This document shows, piece by piece, positions 25,016-32,000 of a stretch of 32,000 nucleotides of DNA. Both the position numbers and the translations under genes were made by a program. Under the pieces are notes generated by a model. It worked only from the letters and a program-made list of their open reading frames with translations. It was not told the DNA's origin and did no database searches. The first letter of the stretch is position 1; each line of letters starts with the position of its first letter. Source of the DNA: Aliivibrio fischeri ES114. GTDB lineage: Bacteria > Pseudomonadota > Gammaproteobacteria > Enterobacterales > Vibrionaceae. Where the stretch lies: NCBI RefSeq assembly GCF_000011805.1, contig NC_006841.2, one strand, 5' to 3'.

Positions 25016-25657
25016 CTAATTACTTGCGGTAATAAGCGATTGGGCGTTAAGGGATTCTGGGTGGGTGTTATCTTGTTTTAGCATCACAGCGAGCCACTCT
25101 TCGGCTTGCGCAGTGTCTTCTGCTCTAAGTGCTGCTTGTACTGCGTATCCGTATATCCAAGCCGTCGCTTCATAAGGCTGCTGTTGAAATGTTGGCTCTG
25201 AAAGTAGAGCTAAATAGAGATCATAACCACGCTCAAAGTGATTAAACATATCAGGAAGTTGTGAATAGGTTGCCGCCGCTAGGGCACGAGTAAGATAAGA
25301 CTCAGGCAAACCAGAAACTATCGTCTGTTCTTCAATTGGTGCATTTTCTGTCGCGAGTAAATTTAACCCTTTCCCTATTTTCGCTAGTCCTTGTTCAACG
25401 TATTTCATTGCGGTCCATGGCATCATGGCATCTCGACCTTTTAGGGTTTCTGCACTTCCTAAATAGACAAGTGTCAGTGGTGTTGCTCCATCTGTTTGAA
25501 TCAATTCCTCAAAACGATCATAAGCCTGCTCGACAAGATCTTCATTTCCTGCTGCCGCTTGGTTATATACAGAAATGTCTTCATCCGTTAACGCCGCTTG
25601 AGTTGAAAACGTCATTACACTTATTAATAAACTTACCATTGCTGTTATTCGTTTCAT
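25016..25657 (-). CDS. Hypothetical secreted alpha-helical protein (first gene of the ABC cluster)
   Basis: MKRITAMVSLLISVMTFSTQA|AL signal peptide. AAGGA lies 8 nt upstream of ATG 25657 (the track start 25696 is GTG). Helical, TPR-like composition. No recognised domain. Confidence 0.6.
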   Translation of the reverse strand: MKRITAMVSLLISVMTFSTQAALTDEDISVYNQAAAGNEDLVEQAYDRFEELIQTDGATPLTLVYLGSAETLKGRDAMMPWTAMKYVEQGLAKIGKGLNLLATENAPIEEQTIVSGLPESYLTRALAAATYSQLPDMFNHFERGYDLYLALLSEPTFQQQPYEATAWIYGYAVQAALRAEDTAQAEEWLAVMLKQDNTHPESLNAQSLITASN

Positions 25658-25842
25658 CTGTCTGTCCTTAATTAAATGATCCTGTTTGATGTTCACAGAT
25701 TAACTAAGACAAAAATAAAAAAACGCTGAATGCGACGAACGGTAAATAGAGAGGATGAATGGTAATAATGAGTTTAAATACTTGTCATCGATACCTATTC
25801 TGGTTAAGTTTAACGCTTACTAATTAAACAAGGATGCGTGTA

Positions 25843-26337
25843 ATGGAAATAGTGATTCGCCGAACAGAAGTAAAAGACATTGATGGGTTGTGTGAATTAT
25901 ACAGCCAACCTCAAGCTCAGGCGCAAACTCTCCAACTTCCTATTCCATCACGTGCTCTCTGGGAAAAACGACTCTCAGCAATACCTGACAATGTTTACAG
26001 CTATGTTGCCCTTATTGATGGGAAAATTGTGGGGAATATTGGCTTTGAACATGTAACACGCCCAAGAACCCAACATGTTGCGCACTTTGGTATGGGGGTT
26101 CACGATGACTATCACGGTCGTGGTGTTGGAAGTAAATTATTAGAAACGGTGTTAGATCTTGCTGACAACTGGCTCAATGTGAGACGCATTGAAATTGATG
26201 CGTTTGTCGATAATCACGCAGCTCTAAGGCTATATAAAAAATTCGGGTTTGTTATTGAAGGAGAAGCTATTGATTCTGCGTTTAGAAATGGTGAATTCAT
26301 CAACACCTACTATTTGGCTCGCATTAATCGTAACTAA
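25843..26337 (+). CDS. yhhY: GNAT-family N-acetyltransferase (YhhY-like)
   Basis: MEIVIRRTE..., VGNIGFEHVTRPRTQHVAHFGMGV, GRGVGSKLL, NVRRIEIDAFVDNHAALRLYKKFGFVIEG and RNGEFINTYYLARI are collinear with E. coli YhhY as I remember it. ATG 25843 has AAGGA about 9 nt upstream. Confidence 0.65.
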   Translation: MEIVIRRTEVKDIDGLCELYSQPQAQAQTLQLPIPSRALWEKRLSAIPDNVYSYVALIDGKIVGNIGFEHVTRPRTQHVAHFGMGVHDDYHGRGVGSKLLETVLDLADNWLNVRRIEIDAFVDNHAALRLYKKFGFVIEGEAIDSAFRNGEFINTYYLARINRN

Positions 26338-26413
26338 CTTCTCTCTTCTTTTTGGTAGCAAACTTAATTAAACGTGGCGGTCTGTTTCTGAATATTAGGA
26401 GCAACCGCCATAC

Positions 26414-26683
26414 TTAGCGTAATTGACTGTCTTTACTTGCTCTGCGGTTATAAGCACTGAATGCTTTTTCACGCGCATCTTCTTTTGCCTGACATTCAAC
26501 ACACAGCTCTACACCTGGTATTATGTTTCGTCGTGCTTCTGGAATTAATTCCCCACACTCTAAACAATAATTCGTATCATTGTGCTCATGATGAAGATGC
26601 GAACGAGCACGGTTAATTGCATCAATTACAGTGGCATCTATTTGTTCTTGAACGCCACCATCTCTTGTAAATCCATTAGCCAT
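26414..26683 (-). CDS. ybiI: DksA/TraR-family C4 zinc-finger protein (YbiI-like)
   Basis: CLECGELIPEARRNIIPGVELCVECQ forms the C4 finger. The C-terminus YNRRASKDSQLR matches the E. coli YbiI tail as I recall it. 89 aa. Confidence 0.75.
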   Translation of the reverse strand: MANGFTRDGGVQEQIDATVIDAINRARSHLHHEHNDTNYCLECGELIPEARRNIIPGVELCVECQAKEDAREKAFSAYNRRASKDSQLR

Positions 26684-26795
26684 AATGGTCTCCAGTTAAT
26701 GAAATAACGACTAGGAGAGCATTATCTATTATTTACAGTACTCTGATAATAGCGCCAAATGTGAATTACTATTACAGTTGTGTAATAAACAAAAT

Positions 26796-26828
26796 TAAGG
26801 GGATATTAAAAAAGCCGCAAAATTAACT
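26796..26828 (-). terminator. Rho-independent terminator after the YbiB-like gene
   Basis: The minus strand reads AAAGCCG-(13-nt loop)-CGGCTTT followed by TTTTAATAT, about 40 nt after the stop at 26867. Confidence 0.65.
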
Positions 26829-26866
26829 TACGGCTTTCATTCATAGCTAGAACATTAAATGTGTCG

Positions 26867-27871
26867 TTAAGCGATAGTTTTTACATACTCTTCCCAATAT
26901 TGAGTAGCAACTTTAATCGCCTCTTCTCTTGGGTAGTTTTCTGCTCGCTTATTTGCCCACAATACATTAGCCACATTAAAAATAACAGTGTTCGCCATTA
27001 GCTGTAATTGTTCTGATTTAGTACCTAACAAACAAAATTGAGGGACTGGTAAATCTTCAATTAATGCTTCTTCCCAATACAGCTCTTCACATACCCCTTT
27101 TGATGCACACCATAGAGACTGGCTAACTTTAGGATTAAATTCAGATTCTCCACCCATACCTTTAAAGCACAATGCTAATTCAGAGCAGTCATCCGTTGCT
27201 TGTTGTAAGCGAGATTCCGCTTCACCATGCAGTTGTGGTAAGCCTGGGTGAAAGCTACCACGTAATGAAATAGGCGCTGATGCTGGGTTTAGCATACGTG
27301 CACAGGTATTCGCAGGGGTACGTAAACCATATTCATGTTGCCATAACAGCATGGTTTCTACTTGCGGTGCATAAACCGATAGAGGCAAATAAGCGATATT
27401 GCCATCATCTAGTGCTTTTTGTGTCTCGGTAATACTTGTACAACGTGGAATATTTAACTTATCAATTACTTGAGATACGTGCTCTCGGGTGCTGCCCAGC
27501 TGTAAGTGACCATGAATTAACACTCTAAAGCCTTTGTTCGCAAGAATTTGTGCTGCGTACAACTGCCACGAAGGACCTTGAACCTGACGCTTACCTGCAA
27601 AACATGCCCAATCAATATCAACATTAAGATCTTTTAATTCAGGAGTCTGAACATTACGAACAAATTCACGAATAGCCGTGGTAAAGCCACTTATCTCATC
27701 AACCGTTTCATTCTGAACTCGGATAAGCATCATCAACATCGCCATTTTATCATTGCTAATGTCGCCAGAAAGATACTCTTTCATTACTTGATAAGCTTGT
27801 TCAAACGTCAATGGTTTGCGACTGCGTTCACCACGCCCTACGCTTCTAATGCATTCTATAATTGAGCTCAT
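26867..27871 (-). CDS. ybiB: TrpD2/YbiB-like protein (anthranilate-phosphoribosyltransferase fold, nucleic-acid-binding family)
   Basis: From ATG 27871 (AAGGA 5 nt upstream): MSSIIECIRSVGRGERSRKPLTFEQAY... is collinear with E. coli YbiB (..IIKEIGRGKNHARDL..). It has the glycosyl-transferase-family-3 helical N-domain followed by an alpha/beta domain. The 38-aa extension in the track ORF (to 27985) has odd composition and no homology. Confidence 0.65.
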   Translation of the reverse strand: MSSIIECIRSVGRGERSRKPLTFEQAYQVMKEYLSGDISNDKMAMLMMLIRVQNETVDEISGFTTAIREFVRNVQTPELKDLNVDIDWACFAGKRQVQGPSWQLYAAQILANKGFRVLIHGHLQLGSTREHVSQVIDKLNIPRCTSITETQKALDDGNIAYLPLSVYAPQVETMLLWQHEYGLRTPANTCARMLNPASAPISLRGSFHPGLPQLHGEAESRLQQATDDCSELALCFKGMGGESEFNPKVSQSLWCASKGVCEELYWEEALIEDLPVPQFCLLGTKSEQLQLMANTVIFNVANVLWANKRAENYPREEAIKVATQYWEEYVKTIA

Positions 27872-27993
27872 GACTGTCCTTGTATTTTCTTTATAATTTT
27901 CAACTACACAGACGTTATCACATAAACAAAAAAATCCAAGAAATTCATAATAATCTACAAACCTCTTGGCTATTTTCTCAATCATTCAATGTC

Positions 27994-29019
27994 TTAATGC
28001 ACTTTCTCTTCTCGCTCGACACCTCGAAAGAAAATAGGAAACAACTTAATTAATCGATAACAGATCCAAATTAAAATACTTGTGACAATAACAGCAACAA
28101 CAATAGACGACACTCGATATAAAATAGAGAAGAATGCGTCTTTTTGTCCCGGAATTGCACCTGTAATAGGTATTGTTAATGCAGCCATCGCAGAGAACCC
28201 TATTCCTTTAATAGCAGGATTTTCACTGGCTAACCATTTACAAAAATAACCTGATGCAATCGCAAAACTTAATATATATAAGATAGGATTATCGTATAAA
28301 TCATATAACACTAACTGAATAGCCATGGCTGCCATACAACCAGCTAACGTTCCTACGATTCGGATACGAGCCATCATCAATGATCCTACTAATGTCATTG
28401 GCGAAAGCATAATTAGCATCGACGCTTGAGCGGATAATGAATCATTTAAATTTGCGATTTCGAAAATCAAAAACACAATCATGGCGACCATCCACCCCAA
28501 AGCCGTTTGCTCTAACATGTCTCTTGGATCTTTACTTTGCCCTTCTACTTTCAAGATTGGAGTGTGCGCTTCAATTGGATCAGGAAACAAATAAAAAGCC
28601 ATGGCGCAAATTGGCACCATCATAATGGCAGCAACCCATACCCCAATAATAAAGTTCTCTAAATCAAAAGTTGGATATGACCCAAAATTCAACAAAATTG
28701 AACCTACCAATAGCCCTGTGTATCCGAATAGATAACTGGCTTTATAATGCATGGCGTGACATTTAAAAAGCAGCATAATACCAACGGCAACGGTCATCAG
28801 TAATGGGTATGGCTGTAAAAAGCCAACGATCAATGACACTTGAATCCCTACCCAAAAAATACTGATTAACAGCTGTATGAACATCTGGGCATTCCAGCGG
28901 TTCAAATTAGATAAAATAAACAATGGGAACAAGGTACCAAACATACCATTCGACCAGCCAAATACCGTGCACATGGCAAATCCAACAACACAACCAAACC
29001 AAATTCGTAATGCTTTCAT
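27994..29019 (-). CDS. FUSC-like (DUF2955-type) inner-membrane protein, half-size AaeB-like efflux component
   Basis: 341 aa with about 10 TM segments in two hydrophobic halves joined by a charged loop (KVEGQSKDPRDMLEQ). Starts 12 nt after the HlyD-family gene stop. This pairing is typical of AaeA/AaeB-type systems. Confidence 0.55.
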   Translation of the reverse strand: MKALRIWFGCVVGFAMCTVFGWSNGMFGTLFPLFILSNLNRWNAQMFIQLLISIFWVGIQVSLIVGFLQPYPLLMTVAVGIMLLFKCHAMHYKASYLFGYTGLLVGSILLNFGSYPTFDLENFIIGVWVAAIMMVPICAMAFYLFPDPIEAHTPILKVEGQSKDPRDMLEQTALGWMVAMIVFLIFEIANLNDSLSAQASMLIMLSPMTLVGSLMMARIRIVGTLAGCMAAMAIQLVLYDLYDNPILYILSFAIASGYFCKWLASENPAIKGIGFSAMAALTIPITGAIPGQKDAFFSILYRVSSIVVAVIVTSILIWICYRLIKLFPIFFRGVEREEKVH

Positions 29020-29031
29020 GTAAGCCTCACA

Positions 29032-30099
29032 CTAATAAATGTAATGTAAGTAGCTGATCATGGTAATTAAACTATGGCCAATGTAATCAATCACACTGTT
29101 TCCTGAAGTGTAAATAATTACGGTTGCACGCGAACCAACAAATAATCTCGGAGACAATGGTTCATCGCTCGTTAAATTAACGCGTACACGTTGTGCATCA
29201 CGCACCCAACGATTACTGACTTCAACACTACTTAATTGACCATTGGCTTTTTGTTGTGCAGAAGCAACACCATAATCACGGCTCTCTACAATTAATGGAA
29301 ATACCTCTCCAGGCATCGCATCGTAAGCAACTTCTGCTCTCATTCCTTTAACCATTTCTGAAGTTGCTTTCTCACGGTAATCGGCAGAAACCCACAGAGA
29401 ATCCGTTGGGATAAAAGTCAATAATGGTTGATTAGCATTTGCAAACACACCCACATGCAATTGCATATTGGTAATAATCCCTTCATTCTGAGCAACCACT
29501 TGCGTATGCTCTAAATCTAACTCTGCTTGTTTCAAGCTATTTTTCGCTGATAACACAGCACTGCTTTGCCCATTCCCTTTGCCTAACTTCACTTCAAGAG
29601 CATGAACTTTCTGTTTTGCTGCCATTAAGTTCGCCGCCGCTTGATCTCGTTTAGTTAGTGCTGAATCCAAACCTGAAGCTGAAACTGCGCCAGAATTCGC
29701 TAAACGCTTAATACGATGATATTCACGATTGGCATTATTCGCGGTCACTTGTGTTGTCTTTACATTTGATCGTGCTGCCTCTATATCTGCAACTAATGAT
29801 GCTTCTTGTTCTTTTGCTTGCGCTAACGCTATCTTCGCTTTTTGCACAGCAAGTAGATATTTTTCATCATCAATTTTAAATAACAACTCTCCTTTCTTAA
29901 CCAACTGATTATTTGTATGGTTAACTTCAACAATACGCCCTGACACCTCAGGAGAAATTTGAACAACAAACCCTTGAACTTTACTTTGAGTCGTTAATGG
30001 TGTGAGTCTATCCGCCATCACTAAATAAGCGGTAACGATAAGAAACAATACAATTAGAATTCGCATCCATTGTTTAAATTTTTGTTCTGCAGCTTGCAT
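29032..30099 (-). CDS. HlyD-family membrane-fusion protein (AaeA/EmrA-like)
   Basis: N-terminal TM (MRILIVLFLIVTAYLVM), lipoyl-like hairpin motifs (GFVVQISPEVSGRIVEV...GELLFKID), a long coiled coil and a beta-barrel C-terminus. The track start 30120 is TTG, and ATG 30099 is more likely. Confidence 0.85.
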   Translation of the reverse strand: MQAAEQKFKQWMRILIVLFLIVTAYLVMADRLTPLTTQSKVQGFVVQISPEVSGRIVEVNHTNNQLVKKGELLFKIDDEKYLLAVQKAKIALAQAKEQEASLVADIEAARSNVKTTQVTANNANREYHRIKRLANSGAVSASGLDSALTKRDQAAANLMAAKQKVHALEVKLGKGNGQSSAVLSAKNSLKQAELDLEHTQVVAQNEGIITNMQLHVGVFANANQPLLTFIPTDSLWVSADYREKATSEMVKGMRAEVAYDAMPGEVFPLIVESRDYGVASAQQKANGQLSSVEVSNRWVRDAQRVRVNLTSDEPLSPRLFVGSRATVIIYTSGNSVIDYIGHSLITMISYLHYIY

Positions 30100-30213
30100 A
30101 TATATTCTCGATAAAACCAAAATTGACGTGATCTAACTCTCATTATAAGGCGTGATTTCAAAACGAATAGATGGCAAAATAGAACACATAAGACCTATAA
30201 ATAGGACAATAAC

Positions 30214-31101
30214 ATGTACAAAAACCGTAAATCTTTGCCTTCATTTGATGATATTTATCTTTTTGTCCTTGTAGTAAGACACAAAGGGATAAGTGCTGCT
30301 GCGCAATTCTCAGGCCTACAACGCTCGAAAGTCAGCCGTCGATTACAAGAATTAGAAAAGGCGTTAGGTCATCAATTATTAATCAGAACCACAAGATCAA
30401 TTGAGTTAACCAAACAAGGAGAATGGTTATATCATCAAGCATCAAACCCAATTAACACCTTGGTTGACGCAAGTTTATTGATGAGAGATCACCATGTAAC
30501 ACCAAGAGGAACATTAAGAGTAGCAATACCTCCTGCACTTGGTATGACAGAAGTATTCTCAACTCTTATTGAAAAATACATAGAAGAAAACACTGAGGTT
30601 AAATTAGAAATTGAGCATCATGTTCAATCATTAGACTTACGCAGAAGCAATATAGACTTACAAATATTACCAAGTTACATCGAACCACTGCATAACGATT
30701 ACATCCAACAACGTTTAATTCAAATCCCATATAGCATGGTTGCGTCTCCAAATTATTTACGTATTAATGGTCACCCAGATAACGTTACTCAGTTGGATCA
30801 ATTCCATTTATTGGCAAGTCGATATAATAAAAGTTTATTGCCTCAAGGATTAAATTATCAACTATTTAGTGATGATCTGAATTTATTACAAAAATTAGCA
30901 ATATCAGGAAAAGGGATCGCTTTACTGCCATCCATTCTAATTGAAGAAGATATTAAGCAAGGATTGCTTGTTGAAGTATTACCCAGAAAATCATTTACCG
31001 ATTTAACTATTACTCTAATTTATCCAACACCGCATTATTTACCTGAAAAAACACGAGCAATGGTAAATTTATTCAGAGCCACCTTCTCAGATTTACCTTA
31101 A
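30214..31101 (+). CDS. LysR-family transcriptional regulator (AaeR-like position, divergent from the efflux pair)
   Basis: wHTH FDDIYLFVLVVRHKGISAAAQFSGLQRSKVSRRLQELEKALGHQLLIRTTR. AGGA SD upstream. Confidence 0.9.
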   Translation: MYKNRKSLPSFDDIYLFVLVVRHKGISAAAQFSGLQRSKVSRRLQELEKALGHQLLIRTTRSIELTKQGEWLYHQASNPINTLVDASLLMRDHHVTPRGTLRVAIPPALGMTEVFSTLIEKYIEENTEVKLEIEHHVQSLDLRRSNIDLQILPSYIEPLHNDYIQQRLIQIPYSMVASPNYLRINGHPDNVTQLDQFHLLASRYNKSLLPQGLNYQLFSDDLNLLQKLAISGKGIALLPSILIEEDIKQGLLVEVLPRKSFTDLTITLIYPTPHYLPEKTRAMVNLFRATFSDLP

Positions 31102-31135
31102 AAATCAGCAAAATAACTGACAATCACTTAAATAT

Positions 31136-31170
31136 TAGCATTTTAAATAGAATCGAAAATTAAAATGCTA
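31136..31170 (+). terminator. AU-rich hairpin 35 nt after the LysR stop (possible weak terminator)
   Basis: TAGCATTTTAA-(13 nt)-TTAAAATGCTA has 11-bp perfect arms and is followed by TGTTCTAGATTTTCG. The stem is AT-rich and the T tract is interrupted. Confidence 0.35.
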
Positions 31171-31369
31171 TGTTCTAGATTTTCGAGCAATATATTATTA
31201 ACCACATGAATAGGACGGGTTAGCAAAAACGGAAATAAATGTCCATAAATGCTACAACCTTTGTCTCAAAAATACGATTTTTTTGACAGTTTGTCAGAAA
31301 GATAACCAAATTTAGGGCACGTTATTTTTTATTATAACTACTCAACTAGCCCAAGTGAGCCCTAAATAT

Positions 31370-31409
31370 AAAGCCAATATCATCAAATGATATTGGCTTT
31401 ATTCTTTTT
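31370..31409. terminator. Strong hairpin terminator downstream of bioD (probably bidirectional)
   Basis: AAAGCCAATATCA-TCAAA-TGATATTGGCTTT has a 13-bp perfect stem. The plus-strand tail is ATTCTTTTTA and the minus-strand tail is ATATTTAGGG. Lies 22 nt after the bioD stop. Confidence 0.8.
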
Positions 31410-31431
31410 ACTTAAACAGTAAACTAAATAA

Positions 31432-32000
31432 TTAGTTATCTAGGGCTTCAAGATGAATGTATTTACCCATATTTTTGCGTTTCACACTTGGCATATATGG
31501 AATTTCACCTAATTTTGGCGCAGGCATTTTATCTTCTAGCATCTTAATGATTTCAGCGTAGTTTTCTGTACCTGGGTTTACTCGGTTAGCTACCCAACCA
31601 ATAATCTCTAAACCATCATGTTGAATCGCTTCAGCAGTTAGCATTGCATGACTTAAACAACCGAGTTTAATCCCAACAACCAATACCACTGGCAATTTTT
31701 CTTGCTGTACCCATGTTGATAAACAATCATCTTTAGATACAGGAACACGCCATCCACCGGCACCTTCAACTAAAACAACATCTGATTTCTCTTTTAATGA
31801 AGCTAAACCTTCAGATAATACGGAGTAATCAATAACCACATTTTCTGCTTCTGCTGCAATGTGTGGTGATGCAGGCATTAATAATGCATACGGGTTTACT
31901 TCTTCGTAGCGTAATTCAACATTGGCTACAGCACGTAAATGGATCGCATCAGAGTTTTGAACGCCTTCGCCTTTGTCTTCAGAGCCTGCTGCTACTGGTT
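31432..32000 (-). CDS. bioD: Dethiobiotin synthase (ATP-dependent), 5' end beyond the window
   Basis: [45 protein letters not shown] and GEIPY are collinear with E. coli BioD. The frame stays open upstream of the track Met (31878) to base 32000 (..[47 protein letters not shown]), matching BioD residues before the TSPHI motif. Confidence 0.95.

Noticed and set aside
19717-25671. Plus-strand ORFs 19717-19917, 20928-21131, 23126-23347, 23558-23746, 23776-24123 and 25336-25671
   Set aside because: All are antisense to well-supported genes of the ABC/two-component cluster, with no independent evidence.
26360-26412. Hairpin GGCGGT-N22-ACCGCC between the GNAT and YbiI-like genes as a terminator
   Set aside because: The stem is only 6 bp, the loop is 22 nt, and there is no clear U tract on either strand. 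It is too weak to call.
26734-26740. LexA/SOS-box half-site TACAGTA upstream of the YbiI-like gene
   Set aside because: The partner CTGT expected 12 nt away is TATC (26723-26726), so there is no full CTGT-N8-ACAG site. No full site lies upstream of the YbiB-like gene either.
28437-28625. 62-aa plus-strand ORF inside the FUSC-like membrane gene
   Set aside because: Antisense shadow ORF with no SD and no motif.
1-32000. Search for CRISPR repeats, tRNA/rRNA, IS elements or transposases, integrases, and long direct or terminal inverted repeats
   Set aside because: None was recognised on visual inspection of both strands. The only repeated DNA noticed is the short identity patches between the two lipoprotein paralogs. 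A computational repeat or tRNA scan would be needed to exclude small elements.

Overview
The window looks like chromosomal DNA from a low-GC gammaproteobacterium. My impression from the protein sequences is Vibrionaceae (Aliivibrio/Photobacterium/Vibrio-like), but I cannot verify that here. I support about 29 protein-coding genes and saw no rRNA, tRNA, CRISPR array, IS element or integrase by eye.

Bases 8.9-32 kb are an ordinary mix of housekeeping and accessory genes:
- an NhaC-type antiporter
- three LysR regulators, each divergent from a likely target: a periplasmic choloylglycine-hydrolase-family Ntn hydrolase, a GH13 alpha-glucosidase, and an AaeA/AaeB-like efflux pair
- a Gfo/Idh/MocA oxidoreductase plus a HopJ-family protein
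- two GNATs and an MFS transporter
- a tightly packed 7-gene cluster: secreted helical protein, MacB-type ABC ATPase, FtsX permease, LolA-like protein, beta-barrel OMP, LytS-type kinase and LytTR regulator
- YbiI-like and YbiB/TrpD2-like genes
- the 3' part of bioD

The stand-out region is bases 1-8765, a minus-strand operon with four genes in this order:
1. a 591-aa protein with no recognisable domain
2. a PD40/TolB-like lipoprotein
3. a 1613-aa protein with no signal peptide, a divergent OmpA/Pal-like domain embedded mid-protein and one strong hydrophobic helix
4. a second, paralogous PD40 lipoprotein that runs off the window edge and is absent from the ORF track

I read this as a candidate undescribed envelope-targeting effector/immunity module, possibly orphan T6SS cargo. 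The alternative is a novel envelope complex with Tol-Pal-like logic. Neither reading can be settled without homology or structure searches.
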